Below are positions 16,599 through 26,079 of a stretch of 32,000 nt of DNA, in pieces (within the stretch, counting starts at the first letter, position 1; each line of letters opens with the position of its first letter). The notes below the pieces were generated by a model that had not been told where the DNA came from, searched no databases, and saw only the letters and a program-made list of their open reading frames with translations. This stretch comes from Caedimonas varicaedens (GTDB lineage Bacteria > Pseudomonadota > Alphaproteobacteria > Caedimonadales > Caedimonadaceae). Both the position numbers and the translations under genes were made by a program. The DNA lies in the NCBI GenBank assembly GCA_001192655.1, contig BBVC01000022.1:11141-43140 (forward strand), given 5' to 3'.

Positions 16599-18158
16599 AT
16601 GTTATCTTTATCCCCTGTGGCACGGATGTGGTCACTTTTAACGACGGTCGGCGTTTTAATTTTTCTTCTCAATATTGACTATACGGCTGTGAACCTGACG
16701 TTGGTTCCCATCGCCAGTGAAACAAAAAGCGATCTTAATACCCTGCAATGGCTTTTAAGCGCCTATGTTTTAACGTGGGCAGCTCTGGTTGTTCCGGGCG
16801 GGCGCTTTGCTGACCTGAAAGGCAAAGTCAAAACGCTTAACTTTGGCATTATTATTTTTATGTTGGGTTCTGCCCTGACAGGCATAGGACATACGGCTTG
16901 GGCGTTGATTGCAGGACGTATCCTTCAGGGTTTGGGAGCGGCTCTTTTTTCAGCACCGGCTTATGGATTGATTTTTTCGTCTACTCCCCCTGAAAAACAG
17001 GGATTGGCCATGGGATTCATTGGTGCTCTTGCAGGACTTGGTCTTGCGGCAGGGCCGACTCTGGCGGGCTGGATTATCGACAGTATTGGTTGGCGCTGGA
17101 TTTTTTATATCAATATTCCCCTGGGGCTATTGGTCATATTTGCCTTAAAATTATTTGCAGAGAAAGATTATGCTCAGGAAAATGCCGTGCGCATTAACTA
17201 TCGTTCCTCAAGTTTTCTGATCTTGGGGATGGCTCTTTTCTTTTTCGCCCTTAATCAGTTTGAAGTATGGGGATTAGAAGACCCCCGTCTTTGGGGGCTT
17301 GCAACTGCAGGACTAGGGATGCTCGCTTATTTTTGGCGCTATGATAAAAGGCAGAAAAACTCGACTATACCCAAGAGCTTTCTGAAAAATAAGGCTTTTA
17401 TGGGGACGATTTGGAGCATTTTGATCAGCGCTTATGTTTTTTCAATGTCTCTTGTCCTGATTGCCCTCTATTTGCAAAACACTCTTAAATTGAGTGCTGC
17501 TGAGGCAGGTTATACGTTCTTGGCCATGACCTTGGCTCTTGGCGTTCTTTCGCCAATTGGTGGGAAATTGGCGGATAAAATGGACATCAGAATCCCCATA
17601 AATGTTGGTTTTGGATTTGGAATTTTAAGTTGTATCCTCATGATGTTCTGGCAGAGCTACACTTCCCTTGCTTTTGTGATTATAGGGCTTTTAATGGCGG
17701 GTATTGGGCTTGGAGTAAGCTTTCCTTCAATCAATACGGCGATGTTTCGAACCTTGCCTTCGGCAGAAATTAATTCGGGTTCGGCACTTTTTACCATGGC
17801 GATGATGATCGGAAATACGCTTTCTGTGATTATCAATACAAGCTTGCTGGTTTTTGTAGCACGCCCGTTCCTTTTAAAGAGTATTCAGGATCAGGGACTG
17901 ATCTTCACGCCAGAGCAAACACAACAACTTTTAGACCTGACGGGCAAGATTGATCATAGCGTTTCACAATTCAATCTCTTTTCTGCGGATTTGAAAATAA
18001 CCGCCATGACTTTAGTAGATGAGGCTTTTCTTGTAGGTTTCAGGACTTGTATGGGCTTGGGTGTATTGTTGTTGGCAACAGGAATTTTAATTATACAGGC
18101 AAGGCTTAAAAACTCTGTGTCATCGACTTCTGTCGGTGTGATGCCGGCTTATATATAG
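16599..18158 (+). CDS. MFS transporter, DHA2 (EmrB/QacA-like, 14-TMS) drug:H+ antiporter family.
   Basis: The roughly 519-aa product is multi-spanning and hydrophobic. It has MFS motif A-like PGGRFADLKGKVKT and motif C-like regions (LIAGRILQGLGAALFSAP). The length and extra central helices fit DHA2. ATG 16599 has an AGGAG 7 nt upstream; the track start at 16572 is a TTG. Confidence 0.8.
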   Translation: MLSLSPVARMWSLLTTVGVLIFLLNIDYTAVNLTLVPIASETKSDLNTLQWLLSAYVLTWAALVVPGGRFADLKGKVKTLNFGIIIFMLGSALTGIGHTAWALIAGRILQGLGAALFSAPAYGLIFSSTPPEKQGLAMGFIGALAGLGLAAGPTLAGWIIDSIGWRWIFYINIPLGLLVIFALKLFAEKDYAQENAVRINYRSSSFLILGMALFFFALNQFEVWGLEDPRLWGLATAGLGMLAYFWRYDKRQKNSTIPKSFLKNKAFMGTIWSILISAYVFSMSLVLIALYLQNTLKLSAAEAGYTFLAMTLALGVLSPIGGKLADKMDIRIPINVGFGFGILSCILMMFWQSYTSLAFVIIGLLMAGIGLGVSFPSINTAMFRTLPSAEINSGSALFTMAMMIGNTLSVIINTSLLVFVARPFLLKSIQDQGLIFTPEQTQQLLDLTGKIDHSVSQFNLFSADLKITAMTLVDEAFLVGFRTCMGLGVLLLATGILIIQARLKNSVSSTSVGVMPAYI

Positions 18159-18395
18159 AGTCATAAAAGTGGGTGCCAATTAAAGTCTTCGACTTGCCAA
18201 AGCTTTAGTTGGCAAGCCTAAATTTTGGGTGGGGGGTTCCCCTTCAAGAGACTGTATTTTAACAATACCATGTACATTGTTCTTGAGATCATGCCTAAAA
18301 GAATGTATATGAAAATATTATCTGGCAGCGTTAAATAACTTAAAAAGATATATGCCAGGGCAACGACGATCAATATAATTAATTAAGCAGGTCAA

Positions 18396-19328
18396 ATGAA
18401 AATCCTTGCTGGGAATTCTAGTGTTGCTTTAGCCAAAAGCGTTGTTCAAATTTTAGATTTGTCTCTGGCTCAAGCTTCTATCAAGCATTTTGCCGATAAA
18501 GAACTTTTCGTTGAAATATTAGAGAATGTTCGGGGTGAGGACGTCTTTATTATCCAATCAACATCTTATCCTGCCAATGACCATTTAATGGAATTGCTTA
18601 TTATATTAGATGCTCTCAGGCGGGGTTCGGCGCGCCGCATTACAGCGGTCATCCCTTATTATGGATATGCCCGCCAGGATCGCAAAACAAGTCCGCGTTC
18701 TCCTATTTCAGCGAAACTGACAGCCAATTTGATTACGGTTGCTGGCGCAAGCCGTGTGTTGACGTTTGATTTGCATTCGGCACAAATCCAGGGTTTTTTT
18801 GATATTCCCCTGGACAATCTTTTTTCATCCACTGTTTTTAGCCAGGATATCATAAAGAACTATGGCAAGAGCAACGTTATGGTGGTTTCGCCTGATATCG
18901 GGGGGGTGGGGCGTGCACGGGCTATTGCCAAAAGAATCGATAGTGACCTGGCGATTATTGATAAAAGGCGCGAGCGTGCAGGTGTATCAGAAGTCGTTAA
19001 TATTATTGGAGACGTCAAGGGAAAAAATCTTATTCTGATCGATGATATTATTGATACAGCCGGGACGCTTTGTAATGCAGCGCATGCTTTGATGGATGCC
19101 GGCGCTTTGTCCGTCAGGGCTTATGTTACGCATGGTGTTTTATCCAATCCAGCCGTTGAAAGGATCATGACTTCTCCTATTCATGAGATTGTCGTAACAG
19201 ACAGCATCCAAGGAAATGAAGAAGTTGTAAATTGTCCGAAAATTCGTTTTCTGTCCATTGCTCCCTTGCTGGCAGAGGGGATTAAGCGCATTTCTGAAGA
19301 AAAATCTGTATCCGTTTTATTCGACTAA
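18396..19328 (+). CDS. prs: Ribose-phosphate pyrophosphokinase.
   Basis: The 310-aa product has [10 protein letters not shown], the PRPP-binding loop [14 protein letters not shown], and [14 protein letters not shown]. Confidence 0.95.
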   Translation: MKILAGNSSVALAKSVVQILDLSLAQASIKHFADKELFVEILENVRGEDVFIIQSTSYPANDHLMELLIILDALRRGSARRITAVIPYYGYARQDRKTSPRSPISAKLTANLITVAGASRVLTFDLHSAQIQGFFDIPLDNLFSSTVFSQDIIKNYGKSNVMVVSPDIGGVGRARAIAKRIDSDLAIIDKRRERAGVSEVVNIIGDVKGKNLILIDDIIDTAGTLCNAAHALMDAGALSVRAYVTHGVLSNPAVERIMTSPIHEIVVTDSIQGNEEVVNCPKIRFLSIAPLLAEGIKRISEEKSVSVLFD

Positions 19329-19410
19329 CCAAAAGAGCTTGCAGAATACCCCTAAAAACGTGTAAATAGTCACACAAGTCTATAGACCTCAATCGTGTAA
19401 GGAGCTGGAA

Positions 19411-20064
19411 ATGTCAACCGTAGAAGTATTTAAAGTACAAATCAGGCCTCAAACGGGGGGCGGTGCCTCACGCTCATTGCGTCGTTCGGGCATGATCCCG
19501 GCGATCCTGTATGGTGGAGAGAAAGAGAATATTTCTCTCATGGTTGATCCTCGTGATGTGGAAAAAGGTTTGCATCAAAGCGGTTTTTATTCCAGAATTT
19601 TTGAGCTTGATGTCGGGGATAAAAAAGAACAAGCGCTGGTTCGTGAAGTGCAGTTTCATCCTGTCACAGATCGTCCCGTTCATATGGACTTCCTGCGTGT
19701 CAGGAAAGACAGTAAAATCCATGTGGCTGTTCCCGTTCATTTCCTCAATGAAAATCAATGCCCAGGTTTGAAGCAGGGTGGTATCCTCAATATCGTTCTT
19801 CATGATCTTGATGTTACCTGTGCAGCAGGCAGCATACCGGCAGAATTGACTGTAGATCTTACAGGCTTGGAAATAGGCGCCATTATTCACACAGATGTGC
19901 TTCAGCTGCCCAAGGGTGTTGTGATCAGTCATCCTGATCGAGATAATACCCTGGCAACCATTGTGGCTCCGAAGATTTCTCAGGGTGATGAAGAAGTCGC
20001 TGAGATAGAAGAAACAGCAACAACTGAAGAGCCTGCTGTTGCTGAGGCGTCGAAAGAGTCATAG
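19411..20064 (+). CDS. rplY: 50S ribosomal protein L25 / general stress protein Ctc (long form).
   Basis: LRRSGMIPAILYGG..VQFHPVTDRPVHMDFLRV.. is followed by an acidic C-terminal tail. The prs-ctc-pth-ychF synteny supports the call. Confidence 0.9.
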   Translation: MSTVEVFKVQIRPQTGGGASRSLRRSGMIPAILYGGEKENISLMVDPRDVEKGLHQSGFYSRIFELDVGDKKEQALVREVQFHPVTDRPVHMDFLRVRKDSKIHVAVPVHFLNENQCPGLKQGGILNIVLHDLDVTCAAGSIPAELTVDLTGLEIGAIIHTDVLQLPKGVVISHPDRDNTLATIVAPKISQGDEEVAEIEETATTEEPAVAEASKES

Positions 20065-20150
20065 AAAAGAAGAGTAATAATCATACGGACATGGGAAGTG
20101 CCGGGCTCTCTTTCATTGAAAGTAACTCAACATTTTCATAGGATGTTTGT

Positions 20151-20723
20151 GTGATACTTTTTGTTGGTCTTGGTAATCCTGGCACTCAATATGCTCTAAA
20201 CCGTCATAATGTCGGTTTTATGGTGGTTGATGTTCTCGCAGATCATTTTTCTTTTTCTGCCTTTAAGCGACGCGGGGAAGCAGTTATTGCAGAGGGAGAA
20301 ATTGCTTCCCGGAAAGTTACACTCCTAAAGCCCATGAATTTCATGAATCGATCGGGCATTTCTGTCAGTGAATTTGCGCATTTTTTCAAAATTCCTCTTG
20401 AGGATATTATTGTTGCTCATGATGACCTTGACCTTGTTCCGGGTAAAGTCAAAATTAAGCAGGGTGGGGGTGCAGGGGGACATAATGGGCTTAGAAGCCT
20501 GGATGCGCACCTGGGGCAAGATTATTGGCGTTTACGCATAGGGATTGGTCATCCGGGACATCGAGATGCTGTTCATTCCTATGTATTGAAAAATTTTTCT
20601 AGTGAAGAGGAAGATTGGCTTGTTCCCTTACTTCAGGCGTTAGCAAGAGAAGCTTCTCTCCTTGTTCAAAAAGATATGCCGGGCTTTTTAAATAATTTGG
20701 CGCTTCGCTTGCGAGAAGCCTGA
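20151..20723 (+). CDS. pth: Peptidyl-tRNA hydrolase.
   Basis: The GTG start gives ILFVGLGNPGTQYALNRHNVGF.., then MNRSG and GGHNGLRS motifs. Confidence 0.93.
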   Translation: MILFVGLGNPGTQYALNRHNVGFMVVDVLADHFSFSAFKRRGEAVIAEGEIASRKVTLLKPMNFMNRSGISVSEFAHFFKIPLEDIIVAHDDLDLVPGKVKIKQGGGAGGHNGLRSLDAHLGQDYWRLRIGIGHPGHRDAVHSYVLKNFSSEEEDWLVPLLQALAREASLLVQKDMPGFLNNLALRLREA

Positions 20724-20741
20724 TGGATAAAGGGTAAAATC

Positions 20742-21842
20742 ATGGGATTTAAATGCGGAATTGTGGGATTGCCCAACGTTGGAAAATCAACTCTTTTTAA
20801 TGCTCTGACGGCAACTGCGGCGGCTGAGGCGGCAAATTATCCTTTTTGCACGATTGAGCCAAATGTGGGAAAAGTGGCTGTTCCGGATAAACGACTGGAA
20901 GAAATCGCAAAAATTGCAAACTCTGCCAAAATTATTGGAACGCAGCTTGAATTTGTCGATATCGCAGGTCTTGTCCGTGGAGCAAGCAAGGGGGAAGGTC
21001 TTGGAAATCAGTTCCTTGGCCATATCCGCGAAGTTGATGCGATTATTCACGTTCTTCGTTGTTTTGAAGATGATGACATTACCCATGTGGAAGGGCAGAT
21101 AGACCCTCTGCGGGATGCTGAAATTATTTCCATGGAACTGATGCTGGCGGACTTGGAAAGCCTGGAACGTCGTGAAAGTACTCTTGCAAAAAAAGCAAAA
21201 GGCGGAGATAAGGAATCAGCTGCCTTACAAAACCTCATCCAAAAAGTATTGCCTGTTTTACAGGAAGGGCTTCCCGCACGAGCCGCAAAAATTTCAGAAG
21301 AAGAAAAGCCACTTTTCAAACAATTACAGCTTCTGAGCAGTAAACCAGTCCTTTATGTTTGCAACGTCCATGAGAGTGAAGCGGCGACAGGTAATGCTTT
21401 TTCAGAGAAAGTAAAAGATTTTGCTCAAAAGGAAAATGCTCGTCATGCGGTCATATCGGCGTCCATTGAATCAGAGATCTCTTCTCTTTCTTCTGAAGAA
21501 GAAAAGAAAGAGTTTTTGGTCAGTTTAGGATTGCACGAGACGGGGCTTGTCCAGGTTATTCGTGAAGGCTACCGTCTTTTGGACTTACTGACGTTCTTTA
21601 CTGTAGGACCAAAAGAGGCGCGGGCATGGACCATTTTTCACGGTGCCCGGGCACCTCAAGCAGCAGGTGTCATTCATAGCGACTTTGAGCGGGGATTTAT
21701 CTGCGCTGAAACAATTTCTTACCAGTCCTATGTGGAATATAGTGGTGAACAGGCAGCTAAATCTGCTGGAAAAGTACGACAGGAAGGACGCGATTATCTT
21801 GTTCAGGATGGTGATATCTTTCATTTCAGATTTAATGTCTAA
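20742..21842 (+). CDS. ychF: Ribosome-binding ATPase YchF (Obg-like GTPase family).
   Basis: MGFKCGIVGLPNVGKSTLFNALT (G1), the FVDIAGLVRGASKGEGLGNQFL block and the C-terminal TGS-like IHSDFERGFICAE..DGDIFHFRFNV are present. Confidence 0.95.
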   Translation: MGFKCGIVGLPNVGKSTLFNALTATAAAEAANYPFCTIEPNVGKVAVPDKRLEEIAKIANSAKIIGTQLEFVDIAGLVRGASKGEGLGNQFLGHIREVDAIIHVLRCFEDDDITHVEGQIDPLRDAEIISMELMLADLESLERRESTLAKKAKGGDKESAALQNLIQKVLPVLQEGLPARAAKISEEEKPLFKQLQLLSSKPVLYVCNVHESEAATGNAFSEKVKDFAQKENARHAVISASIESEISSLSSEEEKKEFLVSLGLHETGLVQVIREGYRLLDLLTFFTVGPKEARAWTIFHGARAPQAAGVIHSDFERGFICAETISYQSYVEYSGEQAAKSAGKVRQEGRDYLVQDGDIFHFRFNV

Positions 21843-21999
21843 AAATTATTTCCATTAACTATTTATAAAATAACAAAAATATCTAATTTGTGTATTTTAC
21901 AGCTACCGTACAGCAACCTTGAAATAATTTAACAAGTATTGACTAAGAGCTAAAAAAAGCTAAGATTGGGAATTTATTATTTTAAAGAGATAGATTGCG

Positions 22000-23310
22000 A
22001 TGAAGATAGATTTTTTAAAATCGTGGATGAAAAAAAATTGCTCTAATTATTGGTTGGTACTTTTGGTCAATAATTTAGAGTTTTTTGATCTTTTTCTTTA
22101 TATCCATTTTGCAACAGTTTTGCATGCTCATTTCTCTCCTCATGAAAATGTCTTTTTGAGCGAGTCTTTTAATTTAATGAATATTTATTTTGTCGCTCCT
22201 TTATTAAGTTTGATCTTTGCTTTGTATGGAGACAACAAAGGAAGAAAGCCAGTTATTGTTCTATGTTCTTTAACTATGGTCGTGACAACAGCTCTCATTG
22301 CAATTCTTCCCACTTATGCAGAGATTGGATTGTGGGCGACGACTTTGTTTGTTGTATTAAGGTTGATTCAAGGTATAGCTTTATCAGGAGAACCTTATGC
22401 AGCTGCCTTGTACGTCATCGAGTCTGTCCCTATTGAGAAATGTGCTTTTTATTTTTCTGTTTTTTGTGCAACAGAAATTGTAGGAAGTCTTCTTGCTCTT
22501 ATGTTAATCAGTATTTGTTTGCATTACGACCTGTCGTGGCGATTCCCATTTATATGTTCAATCTTTCCAATATTGCTCGTAGCTCTTGTACGTATAGTAT
22601 TATCTGAAACAGAAGAGTATAGTGAGCGGTCAAATTGGGATAGAAGAAAATCAATTTCTAATATTCGGGAGATTAAAGAGTTTTATGCTCGACTTCCTTT
22701 TAAGCAAATTAATACTATTTGTGTCGCTTTAGTTAATTTTGGTTACCCCTTTGCTTTTGTAACATCTTATGTTTTTATGGCAAAATATTTGAGCGCACAT
22801 TACGGATATACTCTGAAAGATATTGTGACTCATAATATTTACTTGGGCATTTTTGAAATTATATTAGGGATAAGCATGGGTTATCTCACTATTCTTTTTT
22901 CCATTAGATGCTATGTGTTGCAAGCAGTAAGGATTATTTTTGCCATGATCATGGCAATCATGATGCCTTTTGCGCTAGATTATTATCACAATATTTGGCT
23001 TGTGTTTATGTTTCAGGTTATTTTTGTAACGTGTATGAAAACAGATTTAGTAATCGGTTCTCTGTATAAAGCATTTCCTGTCATCGGACGATTTACGATG
23101 ATGTCTGTTGGGCATATGGCGAATCGTTTTATTTCTTTTATTGTGATGACTTTTATATTGTATGTATTAAATCAAAAGTTTGGATTATTAGGCAACTCTT
23201 TCATTATGCTTGGAGGTTGCTCTCTTGTCTTGTTAGGTCTTTTCTTATACGTTCCTTATGAACATTATAACTTTGATCGGATTAGTCATTCTAACCATGA
23301 AATGAAATAA
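22000..23310 (+). CDS. MFS transporter of the metabolite:H+ symporter (ProP-like, MHS) type; divergent.
   Basis: The 436-aa polytopic product contains YGDNKGRKPVIVLCSLTMVVTTALIAILPTYAEIGLWATTLFVVLRLIQGIALSGEPYAAALYVIESVP. This matches the MHS pattern GDxxGRK..P.Y..IG....R..QG...GGE.....E. The gene is very AT-rich (hand count 18/60 GC at 22021-22080). Confidence 0.65.
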   Translation: MKIDFLKSWMKKNCSNYWLVLLVNNLEFFDLFLYIHFATVLHAHFSPHENVFLSESFNLMNIYFVAPLLSLIFALYGDNKGRKPVIVLCSLTMVVTTALIAILPTYAEIGLWATTLFVVLRLIQGIALSGEPYAAALYVIESVPIEKCAFYFSVFCATEIVGSLLALMLISICLHYDLSWRFPFICSIFPILLVALVRIVLSETEEYSERSNWDRRKSISNIREIKEFYARLPFKQINTICVALVNFGYPFAFVTSYVFMAKYLSAHYGYTLKDIVTHNIYLGIFEIILGISMGYLTILFSIRCYVLQAVRIIFAMIMAIMMPFALDYYHNIWLVFMFQVIFVTCMKTDLVIGSLYKAFPVIGRFTMMSVGHMANRFISFIVMTFILYVLNQKFGLLGNSFIMLGGCSLVLLGLFLYVPYEHYNFDRISHSNHEMK

Positions 23311-23312
23311 AA

Positions 23313-24086
23313 ATGTTTTTTGATGACAGATTGAGGTTTCCCTTCATTTTTGATCGCGACAATGTGACCTTTTCAGAAGGTTGCGCTACCTTACTCAACA
23401 AAAGATTTGATATGTCCTATACTTGCGGCGGTGAATATCAAAAAGATTATGTTGAGTTAAAAGAAGATACCGATTGTAAAATATCTCATTATAAATCACG
23501 TCAGTTAAAAGGGAACTGTTATGATTCTAATGCAAAATTTACAGATGATAAAAAAGACGAAATAAGACAGCTTATATTAAAGAAGAGACGCATTGTTAAT
23601 GCTCCCTATTTATTATGGGATTGCCTGCTTTCTATCAATGCCCAGATAAAGCAGAACGCTGATGAGAAATACACTGAGCCATTAGATGCAGTCAGCATGT
23701 TTGATCTTGAGATGGGAGATGTGTGGAGTGATTTTCAAAAAAATAATTTTGAATCCTATCTCTCAGCAGACGGTAAAAAAAATATTTATCCTACTATTTC
23801 CTATAAAACTTTAACAGATTCTTTAGATCATTATTATTTGATTCTTAAAAGAGAGAGCAAGACAGATTATAAGTTAAATTCGTTTTTGTGGGCATCTCAC
23901 CAGATCGTTGAAAATGATTTATTGCCAATTTATAAACAAAGATTCCCTGAATCTTTTAACATGCATAGTAGGATAGGCTCTCTACAAGATGCTCTCCAAA
24001 AACAATTTGATACAGAAAAAACTCATTCGAAAGAATTAGCAACTCAGCTACGTATTCTTAATTCTGCTATTAACGATACCGAATAA
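23313..24086 (+). CDS. Hypothetical protein (orphan), coupled to the upstream transporter gene.
   Basis: The 257-aa ORF starts 2 nt after the transporter stop. It has no signal peptide or TM segment, and I recognise no motif. Its AT-rich composition matches its neighbour. Confidence 0.55.
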   Translation: MFFDDRLRFPFIFDRDNVTFSEGCATLLNKRFDMSYTCGGEYQKDYVELKEDTDCKISHYKSRQLKGNCYDSNAKFTDDKKDEIRQLILKKRRIVNAPYLLWDCLLSINAQIKQNADEKYTEPLDAVSMFDLEMGDVWSDFQKNNFESYLSADGKKNIYPTISYKTLTDSLDHYYLILKRESKTDYKLNSFLWASHQIVENDLLPIYKQRFPESFNMHSRIGSLQDALQKQFDTEKTHSKELATQLRILNSAINDTE

Positions 24087-24239
24087 GAATAATTTTCTCT
24101 CATTTTCTCACACTGAAATCGCTAGCAGAAATCCTGAGTGCTTGCACTAGACATAATGATGTTTTTGCTTTGGTTTTATTCCTTGTATCTTCCCTATCTT
24201 GCCACGAGATAGATTGATTTCTACAGTTTTTTGCATTTC

Positions 24240-24255
24240 CAAAAGTCGACTTTTG
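24240..24255. repeat. Isolated copy of the palindrome CAAAAGTCGACTTTTG.
   Basis: This is a perfect 16-bp palindrome centred on GTCGAC. The same box is found in the downstream 44-bp repeat array. Confidence 0.7.
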
Positions 24256-24336
24256 AAAATCTCTTCTTTTTTATATGTTGATAATCCTAGATTTTCATTA
24301 TTTTTAAAGCTCGCTGAATCTCTTTCACATTTAATT

Positions 24337-24484
24337 CAAAAGTCGACTTTTGGGAAAAGCGTCTTATTTGGCAGATTACTGTAAAGTCGACTTTTGGAAA
24401 AAATACCTTATTTGGCAGATTGCCGTAAAGTCGACTTTTGGAAAAAACATCTTATTTGGCAGATTGTCGTAAAGTCGACTTTTG
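24337..24484. repeat. Iteron-like array: three 44-bp tandem repeats plus a partial fourth unit.
   Basis: The units are 24337-24380, 24381-24424, 24425-24468 and a partial unit 24469-24484. Each starts with (C/G)(A/T)AAAGTCGACTTTTG. The three full units also contain CTTATTTGGCAGATT (24363, 24407, 24451). A T-rich tract follows at 24485-24545. Confidence 0.85.
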
Positions 24485-24559
24485 ACGTAAAAAACCCTTT
24501 ATTCCTGCCATTTTTTCTGTTCTTTTTTCTCTATGTTTAATCAAATGAAGAGCGAATAG

Positions 24560-24967
24560 ATGAACGTCGAGATAAAAGAATCTCTTTCAAAAATGATCTG
24601 CGAAGATACATTGCCTGCATCAAAAGTCGCTCAATTTCTGCATATTTCTACGAAAACATTGGAGGGATTAAGAAATAAAGGTGGGGGTCCCTATTATATT
24701 GATGTCAATGAAAAGGTAAAACGCTATCCAAGAATTGCATGTTATCAATGGGCTGTATCACGCTTGCGCAAATCAACATCAGATGATGGCTCTCAAGTTC
24801 AAGAAATTTTGAAGTCTTTGGAAAAATTCGCCGAAGAAAACCTTCAATCGAACCTTATGCCTGAAGTCAAGAAAGCTCCTGGCAGACCTCGAACATTGCC
24901 GCCTGCCGCTAATTTACCTCAGCAAGTTACTGGCCAAGAAATTGATCAACAACCCGTTAATCCATAA
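24560..24967 (+). CDS. HTH DNA-binding protein (excisionase/AlpA/MerR-like HTH_17 type) with a basic GRP-containing tail.
   Basis: LPASKVAQFLHISTKTLEGLRNKGGGPYYI is an HTH_17-like motif. The C-terminal KKAPGRPRTLPP resembles an AT-hook. It is the first gene after the iteron array. Confidence 0.6.
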   Translation: MNVEIKESLSKMICEDTLPASKVAQFLHISTKTLEGLRNKGGGPYYIDVNEKVKRYPRIACYQWAVSRLRKSTSDDGSQVQEILKSLEKFAEENLQSNLMPEVKKAPGRPRTLPPAANLPQQVTGQEIDQQPVNP

Positions 24968-24998
24968 CCGTCTTTAACCCAAAGAAAGGACACTCCCT

Positions 24999-25235
24999 AT
25001 GCTGATCTCCATGACCGAATCGGAATATCTTCAATTCTTGGATAAAACGCCTGTGCGCGTCTTGCATTCTATGGAAAGCGAGACTTATCAGGCTTCTCTT
25101 AGCTTTGCAGAACAAGAAATCAAGGAAGCACAGGAGCGTCTTGATCAAGCCAAAAGACGCTTTCAGTTTATCACCAACGCCCGCACGTTGCGTCCTGTTT
25201 TGGTATCCACCAACGTCATACAGGAGATTGCATAA
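24999..25235 (+). CDS. Small hypothetical protein with a predicted coiled-coil.
   Basis: The 78-aa ORF has an SD-like AAGGA upstream and lies in the same tight operon. I recognise no motif. Confidence 0.5.
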   Translation: MLISMTESEYLQFLDKTPVRVLHSMESETYQASLSFAEQEIKEAQERLDQAKRRFQFITNARTLRPVLVSTNVIQEIA

Positions 25236-25237
25236 CA

Positions 25238-26059
25238 ATGCCTCTTCCTATTATTTCTGCGGATCAGAGGCTCGCCGAACATCGCGGCATCAAGGGCTGT
25301 ATTTTCGGCAAATCGGGCATTGGCAAGACGAGCCTGCTGAAAACTCTTGACCCCGCAACGACCCTCTTCTTTGATTTGGAGGCCGGTGATCTGGCGATTG
25401 GCGATTGGCCGGTGACCAGCATCCGTCCTCAGACTTGGGAAGAATGTCGGGATTTTGCCCTTTTTATCGGAGGCGCAAATCCTACTCATCGTCCTGAACA
25501 ATTCTATAGCCCAACACGATTTAAAGAAGTCTGCGAGAAATTCGGCAATCCCGATTCTCTTGACGGGTATGAGACGATCTTTATCGACTCTATCACCGTG
25601 GCGGGGCGTTTGTGTTTCCAGTGGTGCAAAGGACAGCCAGAGGCAAAAACCGCTTCAGGTAAACCTGATAATCGATCCGCTTACGGTCTTCATGGTCAGG
25701 AGATGATCGCCTGGCTCACTCATTTACAGCACACACGCCACAAGAACATCTGGTTTGTGGGCATTTTAGACGAAAAGATGGACGACTTTAACCGCCGATA
25801 TTACCAGCCTCAAATCGAGGGCAGCAAAACGGGTTTGGAGTTGCCTGGCATTGTGGATCAGGTCATCACCATGGCCGAACTCAAGGGTTGGGAAAAAGAT
25901 AAAGACGGTAAAGACATCGAGGTCCCTTATCGGGCTTTTGTTTGTCACACCCTCAATCCCGACAATTACCCTGCCAAAGATCGGTCAGGAAAGCTGGACT
26001 GCATTGAACAGCCCCATCTGGGCAACCTCATGAAAAAAATCAACTCTTTCAAACATTAA
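25238..26059 (+). CDS. AAA_24-type (Sak4-like, RecA-fold) phage ATPase.
   Basis: Walker A is IFGKSGIGKTSLL and Walker B-like is ETIFIDSIT. The size (273 aa) and the position upstream of a DUF669-like gene and a helicase are typical of phage Sak4 modules. Confidence 0.7.
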   Translation: MPLPIISADQRLAEHRGIKGCIFGKSGIGKTSLLKTLDPATTLFFDLEAGDLAIGDWPVTSIRPQTWEECRDFALFIGGANPTHRPEQFYSPTRFKEVCEKFGNPDSLDGYETIFIDSITVAGRLCFQWCKGQPEAKTASGKPDNRSAYGLHGQEMIAWLTHLQHTRHKNIWFVGILDEKMDDFNRRYYQPQIEGSKTGLELPGIVDQVITMAELKGWEKDKDGKDIEVPYRAFVCHTLNPDNYPAKDRSGKLDCIEQPHLGNLMKKINSFKH

Positions 26060-26079
26060 AATCAAGAAAGGATACTCCT

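Noticed and set aside
18159-18395. The intergenic region after the MFS pump as an sRNA, riboswitch or tRNA locus (hairpin CTTGCCAA..TTGGCAAG at about 18211-18234).
   Set aside because: It has only an 8-bp stem without a convincing U-tract. I saw no cloverleaf or known riboswitch core. It may be a weak terminator, but support is too thin to list.
24199-24384. A 61-aa + strand ORF across the palindrome repeats.
   Set aside because: It is made up of repeat sequence, has no RBS, and has implausible composition. The region is better explained as a non-coding cis element.
24337-24484. The 44-bp repeat array as a CRISPR locus.
   Set aside because: The whole 44-bp unit is repeated with only 3-7 variable bases. 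There are no unique spacers of 25-40 bp and no cas genes nearby. The Cas4-like gene at 28989 sits inside a phage-type recombination module.
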